Below are positions 1-12,530 of a stretch of DNA of 64,000 nt, one piece after another. Numbering within the stretch: the stretch's first letter is position 1; each line of letters begins with the position of its first letter. Location of the stretch: positions 5,704,001-5,768,000 of the forward strand of contig OZ059899.1 of the NCBI GenBank assembly GCA_964057225.1, given 5' to 3'. The translations under genes and the position numbers were made by a program. Origin of the DNA: Auanema rhodensis. Lineage: Eukaryota > Animalia > Nematoda. The notes under the pieces were generated by a model. That model ran no database searches. It had not been told where the DNA came from and saw only the letters and a program-made list of their open reading frames with translations.

Positions 1-2161
1 AATAAAGCTTAAATGTGTAGAACTAAGCAAAGATTAATAATTTTCAGAAACCAAAAAGGCAATTTAAAGTCAACCAGAGCAATTAGAGAGCCCATCATAG
101 AAAGCTAGAACTGAACAATAAGCCGGGAAGAAGTGTTGAATCCGGAAAAATCGTATAAAATGCCCGCGAGCAGTAGAAGCTGACGCGATCATACGTCAGA
201 AAAATTTAGAGGACATAACGAAAAAGTAAGGGAGTTATCAATTCTTGGTCACCACGAATATATTATCAAAATCAAAAAAGGAAATGCGTCGACTAGGCAG
301 ATCAATATGAGAAGTGAAGCGAAGCAATGTAGTATAATTTAACTAAGTTAGAAAAAGAAACATGAGAAAATCTGCGAGAAAACAAGGAAAAATGTTGTAG
401 TTCAATATAACGTCAGTTTCAGTTTAGACATCAATACTGATGAAACGCAACCGTGCTCGTACTTTATAATGCAAGAAATAAAATGGATTGCAACCGCACA
501 TAAAATGAGATAAAGAGAGATGAAGCATGGCCTCTATTCACGTTTACACGTGAAGCACATCTACAAAATCGAAACAAATATTTGCAATATTAGACGAATA
601 TTAAAATGTATTATGAAGAATGAGCTACAGATACTGATTTAGATGTGGTCTCGAGCTTGAGATAAACAGATGTTTCGATGTAAACAGAAGAAAATTCAAC
701 CAGCACACCATACGTCCATTGCTGAACATGGGAGTGCGAATAGTGAAAGAAAAGGGAGGGAGAGGAAGGATGAGAATGAGTAGAATAAGGGAAGAGGAAA
801 AAGTTGAGATAGATTGCGAGAGCGAGAGTAATTGAGATGTCCTTTCCTAATCAAACAGTAGCTAAAACACGTGAGCTGACATCAAGAACATGTATATCAC
901 TTGTAAAATAGTCACAGCTGGCCGTTCTATCTTTGATGCATGAGAATTATTTCTTAATCGAAGTAACACAACGGTCAGTGTAAAGTGAATCTCGGAAATA
1001 TTTGTCAATAGTTAAATAACATAGAAACAGCTGCAATGAAAATCCAAGAAATTTTGAATTCAGTCCGGAAGGAGTACAATATCAAATAGGTCAACAAAAA
1101 AATGAAAACGTTAATTTCTTAATCCGTTTTTGTGTATGTTTGCTTAGGATGCTATACATAAAAATATGTTTTGTTAAAGTCGTCTCATATATTTTGGCGT
1201 GTTTTGTGAAATATGAATAAAACGTGAAAATGTAATGCTAAGCCTAGTATTTAGCTATTCCGTTGATCTGGCATACTATGTTAAATAAGGCTGAACAAGT
1301 AGAATTAACAAGTAAAGATCATTTAAAACTTCGTTTCCAAGGTAATACTGACAGTTTTATTGATGAGCAATATGAAATTTGAATACAGAAAACATTTTTA
1401 GAAAACTATAGCAACATTTACTTAGATACTATAAAAAACTATAATGAAAATGCTTGATGAAAAAAAAGAGCATTAGCTTAAAATCAGCAAAATCCTTTTG
1501 CCGGTCAAACCAATTTTCAGGAGGAAAACGTATTGAAGGAAGAAGATATGCCAATCGTCATTTTTTAGCCTTTCTGCCCTATTAGGTGGCAGGGGAATAG
1601 CTATGGAAGAGGACAGAGTTGCGGACATATCAGATTATAGGCTACATCAATGAACCAATACACCCCTGGACCCAATACCACGATTGCTCTAAATGAGGAC
1701 TACGAATTCACATAGCGAAAATCTTTATTTGACATCGTTTTCTTTGAGGGCTAAATGACTAGTGTGATGGGATGTTGCAACAATGTATAAACATAAGGAA
1801 AATGAAGAAGCATGAGCAAAAGTAGAAAGAGGACATATGCAAAATCGCAGGAAGGCCTTAGGGAATCAGAAAATAAATGGCAGGTTGCCCTCGGGGCAGT
1901 TATCTATTCCGGGTTTCGCATTGGGAAAAGCGAAAAGGCAACACGCGTAATAAGGTATCATGGACATTAAGTCAGCAGCAGAACAAAGCCGTAGATGGGA
2001 TCCATGAGAAACATCATGCATGAAAGATTGCATCTTATGAGCGAGAATCAAACTCAAAGCTCCGTAACCAACAATTGCACTCGATGATATTGAACTGACC
2101 TCTCTATATCTTGTCAATGTCTGTCTGTCTATTTAAAGCTGTATTAGGGCAATCGTATATA

Positions 2162-5100
2162 TTATATAGATTCCCAACGCTGAAGTCTAACTCTATATGT
2201 AGCCACCATATGGTCCAGACTTGAAGTCAGTAAATGTCTAGGTCCGTGACTGAGAAGTGCTGCTTCGTATGCCTGAAATTGCAATGAAAATCAAACAGCA
2301 CCATTAAAATGCAATCAGTTTTTGCGAAGAATTAAAGATGACAACGTTCTTCTACATCATGTTGCTCTCAGAAGTATTAATTTTTGAAAAGATTTGAATA
2401 TTAACTACGATCTCAAATATGTATATTGATTAAACATTTTTTTTTAAAGTAGAATTAGTTTCTAGAATGAAAGAAAAAAAAATTCTGAAGGATTTCGTGG
2501 TTCAAAAACATCCACTCGGAATTGAGTGTCTGTTCTGTCTGTTCTGCTAGTATATAGCATCTATCGACAAACCCAAAATTGAATCATCTGGGTTGAAGAA
2601 TCCATAAAAGCCAAGAAGGCTTTAAGAACGTGAGATATCTAAAACCTTTAAGAGATATTCTTGCTTATTCTACATGCTATATCTCGAGCTTCAACGAAAA
2701 TCATCAAAGATGTAATTAAAAAAGATAATTGAAAACCAAATAAAAAACAGCATTAGTTATTGGACTATTTCGGGGAGAAAAAGAAAAGCTGAATATAAGA
2801 TATATTTTCATCTGAACACCAGAAGAAATAAACTGATTAAGAAGGGTGTAACTGGTTTTCGAGCATTCGGAATTTCACAACCTAATGAATTACACGCTAT
2901 TAATTTTGAAAAAATAAAATTTGCCAACTAAATTATTCAGAGCGCAAGTACATAGAACTTGAGCCTAGAGAGTTCAAACCTCTGTTTTGTACTTCAAAAA
3001 AGAAAAAATAGAAAAAAGGAAGCACAATGCATGAACGACATAAGATTAAAGAGCGTTTTTTTCCAAGAAAATAACAAGAATTTCTAAATATAATCCAACA
3101 AATATAATTTCACCCTTTTTATCTCAACAAAAGATATTCTGATTGCATTTGCAGAGGTAGTTTGTCCTTTTTCATAAGAAAAGTTAAAGAATTTTCACAC
3201 AAAAAAAAGTGTTCTATTACAAACGAACAAGAAGACGCAGAAAATATTGAAAAAGTGAGGAAAACTGTTGTTTTATATAGTTGTGCAAATGGAGATAGGA
3301 ACTTTCAATATGGCAAAATCATAAGCTGTGAAGACACGAAAAAGTTATGCATTTGAGCTGGAAAAATGAGAAAAACATATCAAATAGACTGAATACAAAA
3401 CTTTAAACTCTTTGTTTCATTGAGAAAGAATATAAGAGAAACATCCGGGGGAAACGGCAGAACGAAGATTTCTAATGGTTAATGTGGAAAAAAACAGAAA
3501 TCGAGACATTGTGAGAGAGTAAAGCTTAATTGAAGAAATAAACAATATTGGTAAAATAAAAGAGAAAGAAAATAGGACGAAAAGATTATTTTTCTATTTC
3601 AGGTGCTAGATTTCATAGCTGATTAAGTGTCTTGATAAACTTTTTTTTAATTGTTAGTCGAAATCAAAATAAAAATTCAGTTAGCTTACTTCTTGAAACA
3701 GCTCCAGAACTAATCCAGTGGGAGGGTCTTCGAAGGATTTACAGATTGCCGCTGCCTGAAGGCGAATAGCGAGCTCGGGATGACCACGGGGAAGATAACG
3801 TCTAAAAAACGAGAAAATCAGATTTATTATTAGGATTAGTCGTTTCAAATCATAGAACAGACATATTGGCTGTCAAAAAAAAGTTAAACATCAAAGAGAA
3901 AGAAGCGAGAGAATTTAAATTAGGGTTGCCTAAGCTGATGACACAATCAGCATAGATTCAGAAAAATGATGAAAACACGAGTTTTAAAAGGGGAATGCTA
4001 CTAGAAAAATAAAAGTGACAATACAAACCTGCTCGCATCCAAGTGAGTAAAGGCGTATTTTATCGCTAGATCCTTTCTATTCAATTGTAAAGCAGCATCT
4101 GTTATTGTAAGGCTATATACAGCCAGACGACTGTTTAACGGTGATAAGATCTACAAAAAAAAACTAATTACGCTAATTATTGAAATTGCCTTTGAAAATC
4201 TGTCGTAGTTGGCAATGTGAACTCGTAATCTCTCGTTTAGATCTGGAAGGAAACAATTCATTTACTGCTCTCGGAAATTGGAAGAATAGAAAGCTCGGGA
4301 GAAGACCTAAGAAACGAACCTGCATCAATACCCTTTTTGTTTTCCTTCTTTGTCATTAGAAAATCCAACTCTTGGTTAGCAGCTATTGCCTGAAACATTT
4401 TAAAATATTCCACAAGAATTTAATTCAACCGACTTCATCCATAGGTGATAAACATAATGTTCCACATTGATAACAGTACAAAGAATTTTTAGTTGGGTCT
4501 AACAAAGCAAATCCATCAGTACAGCAGCTTGTTTTAACAGATTCCATCCAGTGATCCTAAAACTATTTCTATAATCTCACTATTTTTAATAAACAATTCA
4601 CTCTAGTTTTATCGTTACATATTGGACACACGCAATCAAAGTAATATTGAGCCTTTAGTGTTCTTTTTCTGTCAGCATTAGTGAGAAACAGATCGGTATA
4701 GGATACAGTAAGCTTAAAGAAACAAAATAAATTACAAAACGTATAAACTTAATTAGTTTTACCAATCTATTATATTTTTTTTCTCTATTGGGAGATCTTA
4801 AAATAGCTTTAGCTCCGTCAAACAATACAAATGCATCTGGATCACAACTATGATCATGAATAGACAAACTGAAAAGTAAAACAAAACATATTTAATCAAA
4901 CCGCAATGATTAAACATACCCAATGTATAATCCTTGTCCTAAATCATTCATATTTTCATCTAAAATCGTAAAGCAATTGGTAACTATCTAAAATTCATTC
5001 AACATGAAGAGCAAAAGAACTTGACCAACCTTTCCGAAATAAGACATAATAAGATCAGGCTTAGGTACAAATTGAATCCCCATATACTCCATTAGGACAT

Positions 5101-5612
5101 GTGACACACAAATAAAGAACTCAGACCTTTCCGGATCCTTATTAACAAATTCTCGATCTTTAAAAAAGTTGTTCTCACAGATTACATAGATACTTTGAAA
5201 ACATACTATCCATCAACTGATCAAACGTTCTCCCATTAAAAGCTACGTATGCTTCATCATCACGTCCAAGCTTTAAAACAAGCCGAGCTATCATTCTTGC
5301 CATAGAACAAGGTATCTTTGGAGCACATTTTAATAAAAACATGCACTCATACTAAAAAAAAATAAGAAGTTTTCTATATTTGTGAAACCTTATGATCTAT
5401 CCAGTCTTTCTTCTGACAATCTTTACTACAGTAATGAACAATTCTGCAACGCGAGCATCGAGATAATGGTCGATCGTCCTAAGTCAATATAAGAAACCAA
5501 TAATTCATTAAGCTTAAAATACCTTTGAAGAAAAGCAAACATGGCACGTTGTTGATATTTTGTTATCAGCGACAACAGCAACATATGGCATTTCTTCAGC
5601 TAATGTAGTCAT
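2162..5612 (-). CDS. SMYD-family SET and MYND domain lysine methyltransferase (multi-exon)
   Basis: Spliced translation: [18 protein letters not shown] finger [33 protein letters not shown] motifs [19 protein letters not shown] and LTVSYTDL, post-[15 protein letters not shown]-terminal domain [14 protein letters not shown]...[15 protein letters not shown] resembles the SMYD2/3 CTD. Last exon 2162-2272 follows a ~1.4 kb intron. Confidence 0.92.
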
Positions 5613-5879
5613 TTTTAAATCTAGAAAGCCGACACTTCTTGAAATTTTAATGAATGATTGCAAACCAAATAGATAACAGAGCCGTTGTATACACGATTTA
5701 AAATTAAAACAAGAAAAATTTTGAAATTTATTCAGGCAAATCAAAAATAAACGAATATTTTAGTTTTAAACCGAAACTGATGCTATGCAACCTTTTCAAA
5801 CTTTACGAAACAATTCTTAATGTACAGAAAAAATATGACCCGGAAATTTAATAAATCTAATGGATCTATTTCGAAGAGA

Positions 5880-8800
5880 TCAAAATGGAGCAACTCGACG
5901 TAGATGCCTCGAAGAAGAAAACCTGAACAGAATTTGTATATCGAAAGAAATGTCTAAACATACACTTTTGAATATTCACTCCTGTTTTCAAGATTAGCTA
6001 AGTCTGCATAAGAGCGATCCAATTCTTTGTGGAATTTTTCGGCCAAATACGAAACAGGCGCTAGAATAATTTAAAATATTAAAATACAAATTAAGAATCA
6101 ACTGTACGGAGTTTTCTGTATGTTGATGCTAAATTATCCCAAATCAAAGTCCAATATTTTTCTTCCCATTTGGACAGTGCTAATGTGTCCCATAGATCAG
6201 AAATTGCTGATAATTTTTCAGAACGTACGGAATAAATCTGTAAAAACGGTTTTGTTATTTATATAAATTCCAAAACAAACAAGAGCTTTAAGTTTTCCAA
6301 TACGCTTCTTGGATTCAGAAATATCTTCAGGTGAAAAAATCTCCACGTTGGAATTAGTATAGATTGATTCTCCTCTCTAAAATTTGAATTAATAATGTTT
6401 AATTAACCTTGAGTCTACTTGTATAATATATGCGGCTTGAATAACAGATCGTTGAATATCGATCAGTCCTTGCATATTCCTTCCTCTAGCAACAAGCTGC
6501 AACAAAAACAATGTAATTCGCATAGCAAGGCCGCACAAACATTTCTGATCTCCTTGTAAGACACTTCGTTCGCAAGATTGACAACTTCACACAGTAAGTT
6601 TCTTCTTGAATTAGCACATATATAGGAATCCTCAGAAAAACGTTGCCACGATGAAGGCTAAAACAAGGAATACTAAGGGAAAAGAAAAAACAACTAACGC
6701 ATTTAAATGCATCGATCCTTGGTATTCTAGAGGATAGGGATGATGACGAATATTTGTCAATTAAATTAAATCGAACATGGTCAACCATGAAATTTGAAAT
6801 ACATTGAGCTTCTTTATATAAAAAATTATAGCAGCAGAAAATTTTGAAAAACCTGTTGAAGTAATTAATCTCTCCTCCCGATCAGTAACAGGATTAATCT
6901 GCTCAGTATTTTTGGCGATCATGCTGGCTAACCAATCAGCTTCTTGGGTTTGTCGTTGGGCATCTGCTTGCATTGCGTCGGTACTAAAAAAATATTAATA
7001 TGATAATAATAAGTAAAACTTACATTTTTTCTAGAGCGAAAGTACGAGCATAAGATACCCTATGTTTGAATCTACCCATTTCCATTAGTTCTTTATCGGA
7101 ATGTTTCATGGCTTCTATAAAAGAAGAATTCCACAGATGAGGAGCACTATCACATAACAACTTAAAGTTATAATGAATAAACATAAATATTGAATAATAA
7201 TACCGCCTTCTTCTGTAAATACGTATAAGACGTCAAATTTGTCACTTGATTATATACATCCGAAACCATAAGCCTGAAATATTAAATACTAGAGGACAAA
7301 CTCAAGAATAAACTAACTCCTCCAATTGATTTAATGGAATATTATCGGTTGGCTGAAATATTGGCCAATAAAAACCTTGTAATTCATGAAATGGATATTT
7401 GAATCGTTTGACGCAACTAACGCCGTATCGAGGGATCACACCTCTTTCTAAACTTATTTAAATAAATTTTTTCTTAAAATTCTGCTTACTAATAAGATCG
7501 GATTCTTCGACCCCATAAGACGGTTGTGACGATATATGTACATGCTTTTCGTACTGAAAAATAAAAAATAAAAACGATTAGATGAATTGTTATACCGTCA
7601 TGTCAGGGTTAGGCTCGTACTTTTTACACTTAAACGCTTCCTCAGAATATCCGTAACCATCTAGGATTTTCTCTAGTGGTTTTGTTAAATTTATCCCTTT
7701 TCTTTTCAATGGGTCATCTGAATCAATTCCTATATTAACTTTAAAAATCTGAAAATACTACCACCGATGTAAAAATCATGTTCCTCTTGATGTACATCAA
7801 ACCTCATTCGTTTCACACTACTTCTAAAAATTTTTATAATTTGATATAATATGAAAAAAAAACTTACAATACTAACGGAATAGCGATAGGTTCATGATCA
7901 GCATCCAAAATAGAGCCACAAACCACTTGGAATGGATTTGCAATAGTACTTGGGAGGGAATATTTCTTAAGCAAGCACGATTCTGAAAAAGAAAAAAGAA
8001 TGAAGTGAAATAATCCTTAATTTACCTTTTTTTTTAGGAACATCTAGAGGAATAAGTCTCCATCGAATATTTCTATGGGCATTTTGAGGTGCTACAGGGA
8101 ATTCTTCTTCAAGGCGTTCGAGTAGAAATGTTGTGTTTGGAGGTTTAGAAGAAGTATCAACTAAGGTAATAACCGGTACTATAGCATCAGATTCCTTTGG
8201 ACTAAACGATATCAATATACCAAAAGAGTTATATAAGTGTACCAAGAGAACGGATTAGAAAATTTCAGAGCTAGCCTATGCCGATTTTTATCCACAGGAG
8301 TAACCCTAAAAAGGTTAAACTTCTTTCAATACTGTTTGTGAAACATTACTTAGTGAATTCAACGTCGTCATCAATAGTAATTGTAGGTGAACTGGGAGCA
8401 TAAAAAGGATCATCTCTTCAAAAAATTTATTTTAATATACATATACTTTTGTTAACATACGTGACCACATAGGGTTCCTTTTCTGGTAGCGCATTGATTT
8501 GTTTATTTGGAGGATTTGAATCGCTGGTCAACGTATTCAATAGGCCTACGACCTAAAGAAAAAAAAAGAAAATTATGAATACGTAAAATTCAGAAAAGCG
8601 AACTAATACCGATATCGGCAGTTTAGATTTAATGATTAAAAGAAAAACAAAAAACAGTAACTTGTCTAAATAAAATAACTATATAACTAATTTTAAAAAT
8701 AATCAACAAGATAAACATAAAAAAACACAACATATCAATTAATTAACATTTTTAGAAACGGCTACATGAAAACATCAAAAACATGAGCGATTGTTCATGC

Positions 8801-11557
8801 AACCAGTTAAACATGTATTTTCTGTTTCAAAAAATTTCGCTGTATTGATAAAAACGGAAACTATACAAACCCTTGGAAACATGTGCTCACTATTCGCTGT
8901 TGTCACGTTTGAAGTCTTGGAGGAATCAGATTCGTTAGTATTGCTCTTTACCTAAAATTCATATTCAATTTCCATACTTAAATACAAAATTACCGCAGAA
9001 ACAGAACTTTCATTAACATTTACAAAACTACCATCAACACCAAGTTCATTACTTCTTTTCTGAAAAAGTACGAAGCATACAGAACTCAAGAAATGAAAAA
9101 AACTTCTCTGGTAGACTTGTGCTTGGTATCGGAATTAATATTATCATTACTTTCTTCATTTCTACATGTTACGTCAAGTAACTCCCCTAGAATTGACGTA
9201 GGGCAATCATCCACACAATCAACTATGGCTGATACACATGATGCTACAGAAAATTTATCTTCGCGTTTTCTGAGAGATTGCTCCACTGTGTTATTTTCTG
9301 TATTGTCTAAGGAATTTGATGAATGTACAATGCTGGTATCTTTAATTAGTTGGGAAGAAGCGTCATTAAATATTCTTCCGTATGAGTCATTTTCAAGAGA
9401 TGGGCACATATCCTAAATAGAAAATATTACTAATACAAAATGAGCACAACAAACATCTTCTTCAAATATTACTAAATTATCAGGACTTGAACAGTTATCT
9501 GAAAATGAACAAATTTTGCTTATACATCACATCTGCTCACCCGGAAGAGGTATATCCGATATATTCGAAGTGGATTGGAAACATGGTGATATTTTTTCAG
9601 GCAATAGTAATTGTTCCAGATCTAAATTAAATTCATTTTACTGATTAGTACACTTGCGTCATGGCAATGAGTAAACTTTGCGGCTCTGGTGGCATTGTCA
9701 CAGACGAAGACAAGGTTGATGTTTCAGCAGCTTCTATGATTTTCATGGAAGTGGAAAATAAACAATTTTTCTTTTCTTGGTTCTCGTAACTAGAACTATC
9801 AATAGTTTTGATTACACTGAAATCGGTAAATTTTTCAAAATTAGGAATCCCATCTTTTATTATTGGGATCTGAAATGTGTTTTGAAATGGCGCGACCGTG
9901 TTATATTTATTACCTGTTCAACATTATTTCGTAAACTAGGATAAGACTTAAAACGCATCTGGCTTCTAGGGAAATCAACAGATTTCGGAAGAACATTTTG
10001 ATTTCTAACAGGAGATCTAAAGTTGCCCTGAGTAGATCCAACAGGGCTTTGAGGACGAGATCGATGATTCTTCTTAGCGATAGTGCTAAGATTGTTCTCC
10101 GAGGGAGTTCCATGGCAGCTCCGAGAAGGAGATATGACTAGTTGCACTAAAAGTGGACTTGAAGATCAACTAAAAGATTGTGATGCAGAAAGTTAGGTTG
10201 CAAAATTTTAAAAAATTAAGACAAGAGAGAGAGTAAGAGAGAGAGAAAGAGAGAGAGAGAAAACCTAGTTACCTTGATTTGATACCGGTAGAGCCTTTTC
10301 CACAATTTTTGAATCACCCCCTGTCAAGGAAGTTGTAGAAGAGCTTGTACCGGCAATACTATTTGTAGAATTACTTAGCACCAGGCTTCCGAGTTCATTT
10401 GGATTCCACTTTTTTTTAGCTGTACAAGAAGAATATGATTACGGTAAACTTTTCTAAGCAAATATACCATAGCGAACAAAATATTTCTTCAATATGAACT
10501 CATCTGGAAGAGATATATTAAACACGTTGTTGTCAATCCTATAGAAATTGTCATCATGGCTGAAAATAAATATTATAACAGGCCATAACAACTTCTTACA
10601 GACCTCTTGAAACCAGGTTTCAAAGGAAGAGAATTAGAACGCATGGTTTTCTTAACAAGTTTAGAAAGAGCACATAAAGCATTTTTTCGACTAGTCATGT
10701 TTTCTCTCAGTTCTAGGTGACGGGAAATACGGATTATTGAACATTTTACTTACTCTTCTCGAAAATAACAGGAAATTCTGCCAAGGAACTCAGATCATCA
10801 TCAGAACCCAAATTTTCTTTCATAATAGGAGCACATTTTTTATTGAACACTTTAATTGAATCGTTCACACTTTCAATAAAATCCTTATTTTTGTGAATAT
10901 CTGTAACTATATAAATGACATTGAATGACACGCATTTTCCCACCTTTTATCCAGATGAACGAGGTCGAGCTACTTTCTAAATACAGTAAAGTTTAATGAA
11001 AGTTTTTTTTTCATACCAGTTCTGGATGGAGCAGGTAGCTCATTTGACGAAATTCCAATATCACTTTCACTATCTCTAGTTACTGCTCCGTTTGATTCAA
11101 TACTGCTGTAATAAAACCAATATACGTATTCATGAAATAGACTAACTTAGAAATTTGGCAATTTTCAGTGATATAATCCATCAGCCTACAATATTAAAGG
11201 TTATTATTGGTATTAGAAACCTAAAAAAAACCTTGATAGTGTATGATCATTTTTGCCTGAGCTCAAATCGATACACAAAGAAGATAAAGATTCAGTTCTG
11301 TTAACACCTATTTGGCAGCTAATTTACTGAAACAAAAAAGAGATCTAACCAGCAAATACAGGTTGAGAAAAAAATTCTGCACTCTCTTGTTCATCATATT
11401 TTATCAGTTCTTCTATATTATCTTCGATCCGAAGACATGTTTCTAAAAAAACAGTAAACAATCAATTTTTACATTAAAACGTACTAGAACCGGCAACATC
11501 CCCTTCATCAAATTTGAGGGCTTTAATAAGCCGCTGAGTTCTTCTAAGAAGCTCCAT
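5880..11557 (-). CDS. Large multi-exon uncharacterised protein with a Ser/Pro/Asn-rich low-complexity middle
   Basis: Long run of exons joined in frame by short GT-AG introns: MELLRRTQRLIKALKFDEGD..., ORFs 10746-10943, 9860-10147, 9086-9409, 7967-8245, 6761-6973, then ...SKWEEKYWTLIWDNLAST...VFSSSRHLRRVAPF*. No family recognised; not every junction checked; could be two genes. Confidence 0.7.
10224..10260. repeat. Imperfect (GA)n microsatellite in an intron
   Basis: agagagagagtaagagagagagaaagagagagagaga. Confidence 0.9.
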
Positions 11558-12530
11558 GCATGCGACAGCTCAAATTAGCATTACAGAATTCACTCAACGT
11601 ATCTTAAACAAAAAATAATAATACAATAAACAAAGTTTTACGAAGTTGTGAAAAAAAAACCGAGTTGCTATATCATCTAAATTCAAACTGCCAGTCTGGT
11701 ATATTTGTTATCTGTATGTCAACAATATTAACAGTAGAGCGTAAAAAGTAATAATTTCGTGTAAGGAAAGGACTTCGAGAAAGTTTCAAGTTGGCACGTT
11801 GTCTTTTCAACCTTTAAAACTTTTGTTGATCGAAGATTCAAATACCGAGAAATTTGTTACAGAAAATAACTGAACCACCAAACTTCATATGCTTTTATGA
11901 AAACAGTAAACTCTTATTTTTTGAATATCATACCATTGTTTCATATTGTGAAAACGTTTTACCATACCAATGTATATTTCATCAGATATTCTTAAGATTA
12001 CTATAGCATGGATTCATTCTAATTAGAGCTTCTAATTTCCTTTAATATAGTATAATAGAATTAACTTTGGATATTCGGTATATTTATCAATTAGATTAGG
12101 CAAAGCAATTACTGAACTTGTTCTGTTATCTGTGTTTCTTGGAACGAAATAAAATGTTATAAGTGGTAGTAGTGATAACCTTGTGCCGATCAGAAAACGT
12201 TAATTTTTACACCACGGCATACTAACGTAAATTCTAAAATATCCTTCCCTAGACAAGTAGCAACTGCTAGATTTGCTATAAATCTTCAATCATTTGTAAG
12301 CCCGTGTCAAGAACTTTTCTATCTACATTACTTTAAAGAGTATTTAAAGAGAACAAAAAGAGAAACTAGAAAATAATTTATTACAGTTGGAAAACAGACA
12401 TACTACTTGGTATCTGTAATGATTCCATGAAATCAAAAAAAAAACTACCAAAAACTATTATATGAATTGAAATTCATGAGTAGATGTTTGTGGAAAAGGG
12501 AGCATATGCTAGCAGTTCATAGTTCAGGAT

